A DNA stretch of 64,000 nt, taken from an uncultured bacterium. GTDB taxonomy: Bacteria > Verrucomicrobiota > Verrucomicrobiia > Limisphaerales > UBA8199. The notes under the pieces were generated by a model, which made no database searches, was not told the origin of the DNA, and was given only the letters and a program-made list of their open reading frames with translations. The translations under genes and the position numbers were made by a program. Shown piece by piece: positions 1-9,450 of this stretch (position 1 is its first letter; every line of letters starts with the position of its first letter). Where the stretch lies: positions 160,001 to 224,000 of the forward strand of contig CAVVMW010000006.1 in NCBI GenBank assembly GCA_963749495.1, given 5' to 3'.

Positions 1-642
1 CCCCGGTTCCGGGCCTATCAGTTCCACGATACCTCCGCAGAGTCGCACCTGAGGGGCAGGGCCGCAATCGAGGACGCCCGGTTCCTTTACGCAGATGCGG
101 GAAACCTGGCACCCGTACTCCGTTTCATTCAAACCAATCATCCGCACGAGTATCAACGAATCGTGGAGACGATCCGGCTGGTGGCCCCTTTCTTCCAGGA
201 CTTTGAACTCACACCCCTGAGCGACAACGACCAACAGGTAATGCTCCGCTGGCGCGCCAAGAACTCGGAATACGAGTTTGGCCCCCATCAACTCTCCGAC
301 GGGACGCTCCGCTTCATGGCGCTGGCGACCTTGCTCCTCCAACCTCGGGATGTCCTGCCGGCCATGATCATCATCGACGAACCGGAACTCGGCCTCCATC
401 CCTATGCGATCAAACTCCTCGCGTCCATGCTCCAGGACGCCGCCAATTTTACCCAGATCCTGGTTGCGACTCAGTCGGCCGCCCTCGTGGACTTGATCGA
501 GCCAGAGGACGTCATCGTCGCCAACATGGAGGATGAGGCCTCCACTTTCGAGCGGCTAGGCACCGGCCGGTTGGGCGATTGGCTTGACGAGTACACCCTT
601 AGCGAGATCTGGGAGAAGAACCTTATCGGAGGGCGCCCATGA
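1..642 (+). CDS. ABC/AAA_21-type ATPase, 5'-truncated by the window edge
   Basis: Frame 1 is open from base 1 (PRFRAYQFHDTS...). It has the ABC signature LSDGT, Walker B/D-loop IIIDEPELGLHP and the C-terminal LSEIWEKNLIGGRP typical of this family. Confidence 0.85.
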   Translation, partial: PRFRAYQFHDTSAESHLRGRAAIEDARFLYADAGNLAPVLRFIQTNHPHEYQRIVETIRLVAPFFQDFELTPLSDNDQQVMLRWRAKNSEYEFGPHQLSDGTLRFMALATLLLQPRDVLPAMIIIDEPELGLHPYAIKLLASMLQDAANFTQILVATQSAALVDLIEPEDVIVANMEDEASTFERLGTGRLGDWLDEYTLSEIWEKNLIGGRP

Positions 643-1322
643 GTTGGATTCGGCTCTACCTCACGGTCGAGGGTGAAACCGAGCTCAAATTCGCCAATGA
701 GACCCTCAAGCCGCATCTCGCCAACTTCGAGGTGGAGGTGCGCCCGCGCATGGTGCTGACTAATCGCAAACTAGGCGCCCGCGGCGGCGCCCCGGGTTTC
801 GAACGCCTCAGGCGCGACATTCTTCGCCTCATCAGGCAGGACGCCCACCCCGAGGCGCGCCTCTCTACGATGATAGATCTGTACGCTCTGCCCAGCGACT
901 ACCCCGGGTGGAAGGAGGCGAACAAGAAGACCAAGCCCGCCGAACGCGTGGCGGAGTTCGGGATCGCGCTCGCAAATGAGATCTCCTGTCCGCGGTTCAT
1001 CCCCTACCTTCAGCTCCATGAGTTTGAGACGCTGCTCTTCTGTGGCCTTCACCAATTGTCCTCTCGCATTGAGGACAGCGCCCGGGAAGTGGGCAAACTC
1101 CAGGAGGAGGTGGCTTGCTTTGAAACGCCGGAGGACATCGACGAGAACCCGGCCACCGCCCCGAGCAAGCGGCTGATCAACCACGTTCCACGATATGAGC
1201 GACTGAAGGTTCTCGTCGGAGCGACAGCCGCTGGCGCAATCGGCGTGCCAACCCTCCGGGCCCGGTGCCCCCACTTTGGCCAGTGGTTGGCTCGATTGGA
1301 GAGCCTCAAGACAGCCGCCTGA
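639..1322 (+). CDS. DUF4276 family protein (TOPRIM-like)
   Basis: N-terminal VEGETE, central IDLY and QLHEFETLLF, C-terminal CPHFGQW. ATGA overlap with the upstream ATPase. Confidence 0.8.
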   Translation: MSWIRLYLTVEGETELKFANETLKPHLANFEVEVRPRMVLTNRKLGARGGAPGFERLRRDILRLIRQDAHPEARLSTMIDLYALPSDYPGWKEANKKTKPAERVAEFGIALANEISCPRFIPYLQLHEFETLLFCGLHQLSSRIEDSAREVGKLQEEVACFETPEDIDENPATAPSKRLINHVPRYERLKVLVGATAAGAIGVPTLRARCPHFGQWLARLESLKTAA

Positions 1323-1596
1323 CTTTGACCTCTGCCAAGGGGAGGTCTGCCCTTCGGCCCTGATGCTGGAGCAGCCCTCTGGTTTGGCGCTCGACCAGAG
1401 TGGCATGGTGGCCTCTCCCACTCACCAGCTCGGCGTGGGTGCGGGTCTCGGTGATTGCACACCCACTTCTCCTGTCGAATCGGCAAGTGGTTCCATATGC
1501 CGGCAGTTTGAAAATGTTGGACGAACCGATCGCCCCCATATTGAGTCCTGCGGGTCCGGGAGGCAATTCGTTTCTGGTGATGCCCGGGCCGGCGCG

Positions 1597-1618
1597 TTGT
1601 CACCGGATTGTAACAAAA
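1597..1618 (+). promoter_or_regulatory. PHO-box-like PhoB binding site
   Basis: TTGTCAC-cgga-TTGTAAC-aaaa: two half-sites at 11-bp period, about 90 bp upstream of the porin-pst operon. Confidence 0.65.
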
Positions 1619-1709
1619 CCGACTTATGTCCGTAACGCGCCTATTGGAGGTTTTCGGCGGTCGAGTGAGTTGAACTATCAGCACGAACCTAAACCAAGAC
1701 ATCACCTCA

Positions 1710-3152
1710 ATGAAGAAATCAAGAACCTGCGCGGCAGTGATGACCGCCGCGCTCGCCTCGGGGGCCTGTGTCGGCAACCTCCACGCACAATCGGCCGGCG
1801 CCCTGATCGATAAGCTGGTCCAGAAGGGCATTCTGACCGAGAAGGAAGCGAAGGAACTCCTGAGCGAGACTACCCAAACCAACAACCCGCCCAGCGGCTC
1901 GAAATGGCGGATAGACAAGGCCATCAAGAGCATCGGCCTGTATGGCAACCTGCGGATGCGCTATGAATACCGGGGCGCGGAAAATGCCCCCGGCTCGGGC
2001 GCCTTCGGCAACGCCTTTTACCGGGAGCGGTTCCGGTATGCGGCGCGCGTGGGAATCCGGGGTGAATTGTTGGACAATTGGTATTACGGCCTGCGCGTGG
2101 AGACCTCGACCAACCCGCGCTCGACATGGGTCACCTTCGGGAAGGTGGGCGGGACCGCCAACAGCCCGGGCACCCCGTTTGACAAGGCCAGCAACGGGGT
2201 CAATGTGGGCCTGGCTTACCTGGGCTGGATGCCCAGCGACTGGTCCGACATCACGTTTGGCAGGATGCCGATGCCGCTCTATGTGACGCCGATGCTCTGG
2301 GACTCCGACCTCACCCCGGAAGGCGCGGCTGAGCGGTTCAAGTGGTCCCTGCCCCCGGTGGACCTCTTCGCCAACCTGGGCCAGTTCATTTACCAGGACA
2401 CCGACCTGGACAACCAGTTGCCCTCTGGCGACACCTTCATGCTGGCCTGGCAGGTCGGGGCCACTGTCAAGCTGGCCAAGGACATCTCCCTCAAGGCCGC
2501 CCCGGTCCTCTATGTCTATACAGGCAAAGGCGCCGCTCCCAGCCTCCTGCAGCGTTACACCGGCGAGGGTGTCGGCGGCCTCAACCCGGCTAGCAGCGTC
2601 CCGTCCAACCAGAGTGGCCTCAACGACCTCACTGTGCTGGAGGTCCCGGCCGAGCTCAATTTCAAGCTCGGCAAGTACGGGACGCGCCTCTTTGGCGATT
2701 TCGCTTACAATTTCGACGGTGACGCCCGCGCGCAGGCCGCCTTCGACGCCACTCACACCACCGGCTCGCCCAACCCGCTGCCGCACGTCTTCAAGGGCCA
2801 GGACAAGGCCTACCAACTGGGCGCGGGCTTCGGCAACCTGGGCCTGGTGTATGGCACGACCTCCAAGAAGAACACCTGGGAGGTCCGCGCCTATTGGCAG
2901 CACGTCGAGCAGTACGCGGCTGACGTGAACCTGCTGGACTCGGACTTCTTCGAAGGCCGGGCCAACCTGCAGGGCTTTTACAGCGCCTTCGCCTACAGCT
3001 TTACGGACAATATCATCAGCACCTTCCGCTACGGCCTGGCCTCGCGCATCAACGAGAGCCTGGGCACCGGCGGCAAAAATCCGGATATGCCCGAGCTCAA
3101 CCCTATCCGCAACTACCACATCCTGCAATTGGACCTGACCTGGAGATTCTGA
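1710..3152 (+). CDS. Putative outer-membrane porin, likely phosphate uptake
   Basis: Signal peptide, LIDKLVQKGILT N-terminal motif, alternating beta-strand pattern and C-terminal aromatic residue (LQLDLTWRF). Ends 1 bp before pstS. Confidence 0.75.
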   Translation: MKKSRTCAAVMTAALASGACVGNLHAQSAGALIDKLVQKGILTEKEAKELLSETTQTNNPPSGSKWRIDKAIKSIGLYGNLRMRYEYRGAENAPGSGAFGNAFYRERFRYAARVGIRGELLDNWYYGLRVETSTNPRSTWVTFGKVGGTANSPGTPFDKASNGVNVGLAYLGWMPSDWSDITFGRMPMPLYVTPMLWDSDLTPEGAAERFKWSLPPVDLFANLGQFIYQDTDLDNQLPSGDTFMLAWQVGATVKLAKDISLKAAPVLYVYTGKGAAPSLLQRYTGEGVGGLNPASSVPSNQSGLNDLTVLEVPAELNFKLGKYGTRLFGDFAYNFDGDARAQAAFDATHTTGSPNPLPHVFKGQDKAYQLGAGFGNLGLVYGTTSKKNTWEVRAYWQHVEQYAADVNLLDSDFFEGRANLQGFYSAFAYSFTDNIISTFRYGLASRINESLGTGGKNPDMPELNPIRNYHILQLDLTWRF

Positions 3153-3153
3153 A

Positions 3154-4191
3154 ATGAAACTAACGCTCTCGGCCTGCATGGCGTCGGCCTGCCTGTTGGC
3201 GGCCCCGTCGGGCGCGCCGGCCCAATTGCTCATCAACGGGGCCGGCGCGACCTTCCCCTATCCCATTTACTCCAAGTGGTTCGATGATTACGCGAAGGTG
3301 GACCCGTCGGTCCGATTCAATTACCAATCCATCGGCTCGGGCGGGGGACAGAAACAGATCCTGGATCAAACCGTGGATTTCGGCGCGTCCGACAGCGCGA
3401 TGAGCGATGCCAACCTGACCAAGGCCCCGGGAAAAATCCTCCACATCCCCACCGTGGCCGGCGCCGTCGTTGTGACGTATAACCTGCCCGGCAGCCTCCA
3501 ACTCAAGCTGGATGGTCCCGCAGTGGCCGACATCTTCCTGGGCAAGATCATCCGCTGGAACGATCCCCGGCTCGCGGCACTCAACCCGGGCGTTAAGCTG
3601 CCCAACGCGGACCTGGTCGTCGTCCACCGTTCGGATGGCAGCGGCACCAGCTTCATCTTCACCGACTACTTGAGCAGTATCAGCAAGGAGTGGGAACGGC
3701 GCGTGGGCCGGAACACTTCCGTGAGATGGCCGGCGGGCATCGGGGCCAAAGGCAATGAAGGCATCTCGGGCCAGGTCAAGCAAATGTCAGGCGCGGTCGG
3801 CTACGTCGAGCTGGCTTACGCCCACCAAAACAACCTCCCCTGCGCCCGCATCCGCAACGCAGCCGGGACGTTCGTCAACCCCTCGATCGAGTCGGTGACC
3901 CAGGCCCTGGCTGCCGCAACGGTCCCGGACGACTTCCGGTTTTCCATGGTCAACCCGCCCGGTGAAGGGGCCTACCCGATTGCGGGCGCGACCTGGCTGC
4001 TGGTCTATGAGCGGCAGAAAGACACGGCCAAGGGCCGCAAACTCGTCGAGTTCCTGACTTGGGCCGTGACCAAAGGCCAGGCCATCGCCCCCAGCCTGGA
4101 TTACGCCCCCCTGCCGCAGACCCTCCAAGCCCGCGTGCTCGACCGGGTCAAGAGCATCAAAGCGGCTTCGGAGCACGCCAATACGAGGTGA
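3154..4191 (+). CDS. pstS: Phosphate ABC transporter substrate-binding protein
   Basis: GAGATFPYP, YQSIGSGGG, DFGASD, HRSDGSGTS and GAKGNEG motifs. Confidence 0.95.
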   Translation: MKLTLSACMASACLLAAPSGAPAQLLINGAGATFPYPIYSKWFDDYAKVDPSVRFNYQSIGSGGGQKQILDQTVDFGASDSAMSDANLTKAPGKILHIPTVAGAVVVTYNLPGSLQLKLDGPAVADIFLGKIIRWNDPRLAALNPGVKLPNADLVVVHRSDGSGTSFIFTDYLSSISKEWERRVGRNTSVRWPAGIGAKGNEGISGQVKQMSGAVGYVELAYAHQNNLPCARIRNAAGTFVNPSIESVTQALAAATVPDDFRFSMVNPPGEGAYPIAGATWLLVYERQKDTAKGRKLVEFLTWAVTKGQAIAPSLDYAPLPQTLQARVLDRVKSIKAASEHANTR

Positions 4192-4223
4192 GTCTGTCGA
4201 TGATCCGACCCGTGGCCCGCAAG

Positions 4224-4303
4224 GTTTTGGAGTGCGCCAGTCCTCTGGCGCTTTCTCGTCCCCAGGGTCCAAAAAGCGCCAGAGGACTGGCGCACTCCAA
4301 AAC
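4224..4303. repeat. REP-like inverted repeat between pstS and pstC
   Basis: GTTTTGGAGTGCGCCAGTCCTCTGGCGCTTT (4224-4254) and its exact reverse complement (4273-4303). Confidence 0.9.
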
Positions 4304-4559
4304 GCTTCGCGGCCGGCGATGCCTGTCCGGTTCATGGTCCCCGGACATGATGTCAAAATCGTCCAGCCTTTCTACAATGCCGGGGCTCTTGTCAGATAAA
4401 TCGGACCCTGTGCGGATGCGGTGCAATCCGGAGGGTTGCCGGAAGGCAGGCGGGGGTCGAGGCGACGCGGCGCCGCGTTAAGTCACTGGCATTCTGGAGG
4501 AAACCTGGCATCATCGAGCCATCGAAAAAAGGTCGGAGATTGGACGGGAGCCTTAGAGC

Positions 4560-5561
4560 ATGGAGCATCAGGCGCATCAGAATGTCGAGGGTGGGACCCT
4601 AACCAAGCCGCGGGGAGGCCCCGCGCTGGCGCGCTCCACGCCCTCACGCATGGCCGTGGGGGACCCTGCGTTCAAGTGGCTGACCCTGCTGATGGCGCTC
4701 TCTGTCTTTGTCTTGATTGTGCTGATCGGCTACGAACTGACGAGCGGCGCACAGACGAGCCTGCGCAAGTTTGGCTGGCGGTTTCTGACCGGCGCCGACT
4801 GGGACCCCGTCAGCGAGCAATTCGGCGCGCTGCCCTTTATTTATGGCACCCTGGTCTCGTCGGGCCTGGCCCTGGTGCTGGCGGTGCCGCTGAGCATTGG
4901 GAGCGCGGTTTTCCTGACGGAGTGGGCGCCGAAATGGTTGAGCCGGGTGCTGGGTTTTTTTATTGAACTGCTGGCGGCGGTGCCGAGCGTCATTTTGGGC
5001 CTGTGGGGCGCATCGGTGATGGTTCCCTGGCTGCGGGCGTGGCTGTATCCGGGGCTGCGGGCCACGCTCGGGTTTCTTCCCTTGTTCCAGGGGCCGATCT
5101 TCGGGGTGGGCATGCTCTCGGCCGGCATCATCCTGGCGATCATGATCCTGCCGATCATCACCTCGCTTTCGCGGGAGGTCCTCCGCTCGGTCCCCGGCCT
5201 GCAGCGGGAGGCGGCTTATGCCTTGGGGGCAACACCCTGGGAAGTGACGCGCATCGCCGTGCTCAGTTATGCGAAAAGGGGCCTGCTCGGGGCGGTCATC
5301 CTGGGCCTGGGCCGCGCCCTGGGCGAGACCATGGCCGTGACCATGCTCATCGGCAACGGGCTGGGCATCTCCGTCTCGCTCTTTGCCCCCGCCTACACGC
5401 TCACGAGCGTGGTCGCCAACGAGTTCAGCGAAACGCCGCCCGGCCTTCATCTGAGCGCCCTGTTCGAGGTCGGCTTGGTCCTGCTGGGGATTACGGTGCT
5501 GGTCAATGCCCTGGCCCGGCTCCTGCTGCGGGCCTCGTTGGTTTCCACCCCGTCGCAATGA
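4560..5561 (+). CDS. pstC: Phosphate ABC transporter permease (start may be ATG 4650)
   Basis: WDPVSEQFGALPFIYGTL, ELLAAVPSVILGLWG, EAA loop and GRALGETMAV. Confidence 0.95.
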   Translation: MEHQAHQNVEGGTLTKPRGGPALARSTPSRMAVGDPAFKWLTLLMALSVFVLIVLIGYELTSGAQTSLRKFGWRFLTGADWDPVSEQFGALPFIYGTLVSSGLALVLAVPLSIGSAVFLTEWAPKWLSRVLGFFIELLAAVPSVILGLWGASVMVPWLRAWLYPGLRATLGFLPLFQGPIFGVGMLSAGIILAIMILPIITSLSREVLRSVPGLQREAAYALGATPWEVTRIAVLSYAKRGLLGAVILGLGRALGETMAVTMLIGNGLGISVSLFAPAYTLTSVVANEFSETPPGLHLSALFEVGLVLLGITVLVNALARLLLRASLVSTPSQ

Positions 5562-5565
5562 ACGC

Positions 5566-6417
5566 ATGAAGACCGGCTCCTATCGCTGGCGCAAGTTCAA
5601 GAGCCGCTTCGTGCAAGCCCTGGCCGGCCTCTGCGCCCTGCTGGTCGTCCTGCCCTTGGGGCTGGTCTTCTACCATGTCCTGAAGTCCGGCATCGGCTCG
5701 GTCAACTGGGCCTTCCTCACGCGATTGCCCAAGCCGGTGGGCGAGGCCGGCGGCGGCATGGCCAACGCTATCGTCGGGACGTTCGAGTTGCTGGGCCTGG
5801 CGGCGTTGCTGGGCGTGCCGGTCGGCGTGTGCGGGGGCATCTTCCTCTCCGAGTCTGGTCTGGGCCGGCTGAAGTCCTGGGTCCGGTTTGTGGCCGACGT
5901 CCTCAACGGCGTGCCCTCGATCATCTGGGGCATGGTGGTCTATGCGCTGGTGGTGGTGCCGATGGGGGGTTCTTCGGCGCTGGCGGGCGGGGTGGTGTTG
6001 GGGCTGATGATGGTGCCGCTGGTGATGCGGACCTCCGAGGAGGTCCTGTTGCTGGTGCCGCAGGGCTACCGTGAGGCGGCCCTGGCCCTGGGCATCGCTC
6101 AATGGCGCACCATCCTCCAGATCGTGGTCCCCACCGCGCTCCGGGGCATCGTTAGCGGCATCCTCCTGGCGCTGGCCCGCGTGGCGGGCGAGACCGCCCC
6201 GCTCCTGTTCACGGCCTTTGGCAACCGCTATTGGAACCATCATCTGTCCGAGCCCATCGCCGCCCTCCCCTTGCAAATCTTCACCTACTCTATCTCACCC
6301 TACGACAACTGGCAGCGGCAGGCCTGGGCCGGCGCCTTGGTCCTGCTTCTCATGGTCGCCGGCATCAACATCTCCGTCCGCCTGCTCACCCGCGAACGGC
6401 TGGGCAAATGGCTATGA
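5566..6417 (+). CDS. pstA: Phosphate ABC transporter permease
   Basis: [24 protein letters not shown] and [16 protein letters not shown] at 5566. Confidence 0.95.
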   Translation: MKTGSYRWRKFKSRFVQALAGLCALLVVLPLGLVFYHVLKSGIGSVNWAFLTRLPKPVGEAGGGMANAIVGTFELLGLAALLGVPVGVCGGIFLSESGLGRLKSWVRFVADVLNGVPSIIWGMVVYALVVVPMGGSSALAGGVVLGLMMVPLVMRTSEEVLLLVPQGYREAALALGIAQWRTILQIVVPTALRGIVSGILLALARVAGETAPLLFTAFGNRYWNHHLSEPIAALPLQIFTYSISPYDNWQRQAWAGALVLLLMVAGINISVRLLTRERLGKWL

Positions 6418-7247
6418 CCGAAGCAAGACCCATCGTCCCCTTGCAAATCCCGGCGCCGCTGCCCGCCGCCCGGGCGCCGGCCCCAGGCGCCCCTGCCGCC
6501 TTGGCCGTTCGCGACCTCTGCGTTTCCTTTGGCCCCAACCGCGTGCTCAAGCAAATCTCCCTGGACATCCCCTCTCACGCCGTCACCGCCATCATCGGCC
6601 CCAGCGGCTGCGGCAAATCCACCTTCCTGCGCGCCATCAACCGCTTGCACGACCTGGTCCCCTCCGCCCGCGTCCAAGGCCAGGTCCGGCTCTTTGGCAC
6701 CGACCTCTACGGCCCCGAGGTCGAGCCCGTCCTCATCCGCCGCCGCATCGGCATGGTCTTCCAGAAATCCAATCCCTTCCCCACCATGTCCATCGCCGAC
6801 AACGTCACCGTCGGTCTGCGCTTGAATGGGATGCGCAACCGGTCGGACCTGGCGGAGCGGATGACCCAATCCCTGGTCAAAGCCGCCTTGTGGGATGAGG
6901 TCAAGGACCGCCTGGGCGCGCCCGCCATCAGCCTCTCCGGCGGCCAGCAACAGCGTCTTTGCATCGCCCGCGCCCTGGCGGTCTCTCCGGAGGTCCTTCT
7001 CATGGACGAGCCCGCCTCGGCCCTGGACCCGCAGGCCACCGCCCGCATCGAGGACTTGATCCTCGAGCTCAAGAAGGACTTCACTATTGTCATCGTCACC
7101 CATAATATGCAGCAGGCCGCGCGCGTGTCCGATTTCACCGCGTTCCTTTACCTGGGCGAATTGGTTGAATACGGCGCGACCGCAAAGATCTTTACCAGCC
7201 CGGAGAAACGCCAAACGGAAGACTACGTCACCGGACGATTTGGATGA
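6414..7247 (+). CDS. pstB: Phosphate ABC transporter ATPase
   Basis: [24 protein letters not shown] and C-terminal [14 protein letters not shown] overlap with pstA. Confidence 0.95.
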   Translation: MTEARPIVPLQIPAPLPAARAPAPGAPAALAVRDLCVSFGPNRVLKQISLDIPSHAVTAIIGPSGCGKSTFLRAINRLHDLVPSARVQGQVRLFGTDLYGPEVEPVLIRRRIGMVFQKSNPFPTMSIADNVTVGLRLNGMRNRSDLAERMTQSLVKAALWDEVKDRLGAPAISLSGGQQQRLCIARALAVSPEVLLMDEPASALDPQATARIEDLILELKKDFTIVIVTHNMQQAARVSDFTAFLYLGELVEYGATAKIFTSPEKRQTEDYVTGRFG

Positions 7248-7272
7248 AGCCGGCGAATCAGGCTCCAAGAGT

Positions 7273-7947
7273 ATGCAGCACTTTGAAAACGAACTCGGCG
7301 GGCTCCGGGAGAAGCTCTTGACGATGGCCAGCTATGCGGAGGCCGCCGTGCGCGGCGCGGTGCAGGCCGTGGCGGAGCGCGACTACCCGCTGGCCCAGCG
7401 CATTCGCGAGGACGACCGCGCCATCGACCGGCTCGAAGTCGAAGTGGACGAGTTGGCCATCAAACTCCTGGCCAAGGCCCCCCTGGCCGGCGACCTGCGC
7501 CTGGTCACCGTGGCGATGAGGATCTCGCAGAACCTCGAGCGCGTCGGTGACGAGGCCACCAAGATCGCCAAACGCGCCCGCGACCTGAGCCAGGAGCCTC
7601 CCTTGAAGCTGGCCGTGGACATCCCCCCAATGGCCGACCTCGCCCTCCAGATGCTCAAGACCGCCCTCGATTCCTTCGTCAACCGCGACCCCGCCGCTGC
7701 CCGCGCCGTCATCCCCCGGGACAAGGAGGTCGATGCCTTGAACAAGGAAATCCATCGCCTCCTGGCCGCCCGGATGATCGAGAGCCCGGATACCATCTCG
7801 CGTTGCCTCCACCTCATGGTCGTCGCCAAGAGCCTCGAACGCATCGCCGACCACGCCAAAAACGTGGCCGAAGAAGTCGTCTATTTCTGCGAGGCCCAGG
7901 ACATCCGCCACCCCGCCAGCACACGCCCCGAGCCGCCGCCTCAATAG
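7273..7947 (+). CDS. phoU: Phosphate signalling protein PhoU
   Basis: Two PhoU repeats (LERVGD, LERIADHAKNVAE), directly after pstB. Confidence 0.95.
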   Translation: MQHFENELGGLREKLLTMASYAEAAVRGAVQAVAERDYPLAQRIREDDRAIDRLEVEVDELAIKLLAKAPLAGDLRLVTVAMRISQNLERVGDEATKIAKRARDLSQEPPLKLAVDIPPMADLALQMLKTALDSFVNRDPAAARAVIPRDKEVDALNKEIHRLLAARMIESPDTISRCLHLMVVAKSLERIADHAKNVAEEVVYFCEAQDIRHPASTRPEPPPQ

Positions 7948-8084
7948 GCTGGCCGCGGGCTGTTGGCGCAGGGCTCGTGCAAGAATAGAGGCCGAGATTG
8001 AGGCGTGATTCTCACCTTTTGAAACCCGATTGGCCTTACACCGGGGTTCATGAGCTACAGGACGTGCCTTGGTCACTTGTTTTT

Positions 8085-8271
8085 CATCCCGGAGGGATGC
8101 CTGAGAATAGCCCAACGCTTCAGCATTGGGTAATGGGCCTGAAGCGGTCGAGTCCCGAAGGGACGGTTGAAATGCAGGGCCGCTCAGCCGTCCCTTCGGG
8201 ACTGGACCGTTTTGGGGCACGCCAACCCAATGCTAAAGCATTGGGCTATTCTCATGTGTCCCTCCGGGACA
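8085..8271. repeat. Nested-palindrome repeat, family A
   Basis: TCCCGGAGGGA..AATAGCCC[hairpin]..GTCCCGAAGGGAC..GTCCCTTCGGGAC..[hairpin]GGGCTATT..TCCCTCCGGGA. Related copies at 27751 and 45077. Confidence 0.85.
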
Positions 8272-8366
8272 GAATCCAGGGGAGTGCGCGGCATTCCCGC
8301 GTTTTGGCTGCGTCCGCCGACAGGAAAAGCGGAATTAATTCTGCGAAGAACCTAAATCGAACCACG

Positions 8367-8487
8367 CAACATTGGCACAACCTTTGTCGCAGCCTTTGTC
8401 GGGTCCTTTGTCGAGAATTGGGGCCTTCGACAAAGGTCGCGACAAAGGCTGCGACGAAGGTCTAGCCGCATGGGTGTGCCAATGTTG
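8367..8487. repeat. MITE-like element, family B (CCTTTGTCG units at 12-bp period, mirrored)
   Basis: TIR CAACATTGGCACA / TGTGCCAATGTTG enclosing 3x CCTTTGTCG and 3x CGAC(A/G)AAGG. Copies at 32179 and 51605. Confidence 0.85.
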
Positions 8488-8522
8488 GTGGCTCCGATTC
8501 CTCGACCGATGGCCCACGGTCC

Positions 8523-8563
8523 ACCCTCTCCCCATCCGATGGGGAGAGGGCCAGGGTGAGGGG
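8523..8563. repeat. REP-like element, family C
   Basis: CCCTCTCCCC-atccgat-GGGGAGAGGGCCAGGGTGAGGGG. Also at 9451 and 9738. Confidence 0.8.
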
Positions 8564-8600
8564 AAACCCGGCGGCCAAACTCCGCCACCTGTCCAAAAAC

Positions 8601-9356
8601 TCACTCGCGCCCTGGGCTCTGGGCACCCCCGCCCCGGGCGAGGCTCAGGTCGCGTATCTTGATGTTGCGGAAAGAGACGTCGCCATTGTGGTCCTGCAGG
8701 AGGAGGTGGGCCTTGATGCGCGTGCCAAAGCCGGCGACGTTCCTGAATTTGCTCCGGGCGACGGCGGCTTTGACGGCATCACTGCCCAGTTCGTACTCGA
8801 GGACCTTGGTCCCATTGAGCCAGTGCTCGACGTGGTTGCCCTGGACGAGGATGCGCGAGAGGTTGATCTCGCCGGCCGGCTTGAGTGGCAAGGGAACGGT
8901 CGGCCCGAGCACATCGTAAAACGAGGCGGTGGCGTGTTTGCGGTTGCCAGACAGGCCGTCGGGCTCGCGCGCGTCATCGATCATCTGGTACTCGTGCCCG
9001 ATGGCCGAGGGGCGCGATTCGGTGATGAAGTACTTGACGCCGCTGTTGGCGCCGGGGCCGACCTTCCATTCCCACTGCAGATCGAACTTCTCGAACTGGG
9101 CCTCGCTAATAACGTCTCCGCCGCCCTTGCCCAGGCAGTGCAGCCACCCCTCCTCGACCGTCCAGCCTTTGGCCGGGAAGCTCTGCTTTTTGAAGCTGCG
9201 CCAGCCCGTGGTCGTCTGGCCGTCAAAAAGGAGATGCCAGCCCGCCGCCTTTTCCTGGTCGGTAAGCTGGTTGGCTGTCGCGCCCCAAACCAGTCCCGTC
9301 CCGGCCGCCAGCGCGGCCAGGACCCAGCCCCATCCCGGCACACAAGTTCTTTTCAT
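8601..9356 (-). CDS. DUF1080 / 3-keto-disaccharide hydrolase family protein
   Basis: Signal peptide, GWHLLFDG..GW, ANSGVKY, GHEYQMIDD and LQDHNGDVSFRNIKIR. Confidence 0.9.
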   Translation of the reverse strand: MKRTCVPGWGWVLAALAAGTGLVWGATANQLTDQEKAAGWHLLFDGQTTTGWRSFKKQSFPAKGWTVEEGWLHCLGKGGGDVISEAQFEKFDLQWEWKVGPGANSGVKYFITESRPSAIGHEYQMIDDAREPDGLSGNRKHATASFYDVLGPTVPLPLKPAGEINLSRILVQGNHVEHWLNGTKVLEYELGSDAVKAAVARSKFRNVAGFGTRIKAHLLLQDHNGDVSFRNIKIRDLSLARGGGAQSPGRE

Positions 9357-9450
9357 GGCCCTATTTCAAGCCGGGCCGCCTCCCGCTGGCAATCAAAATC
9401 AGTCGAGTTGAGTAATGCTCGAGTGATGGCAGGAGCGTCACAGGGGCAGA

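Noticed and set aside
1470..1537. tmRNA-like 5' end GGGGGCGATCGGTTCG on the minus strand
   Set aside because: No matching T-arm, acceptor stem or CCA about 350 nt downstream; that position lies inside the DUF4276 gene.
8382..8460. CRISPR array from the CCTTTGTCG or other periodic repeats
   Set aside because: Units are 7-12 bp without unique 25-45-bp spacers, are mirrored, and no cas genes are present.
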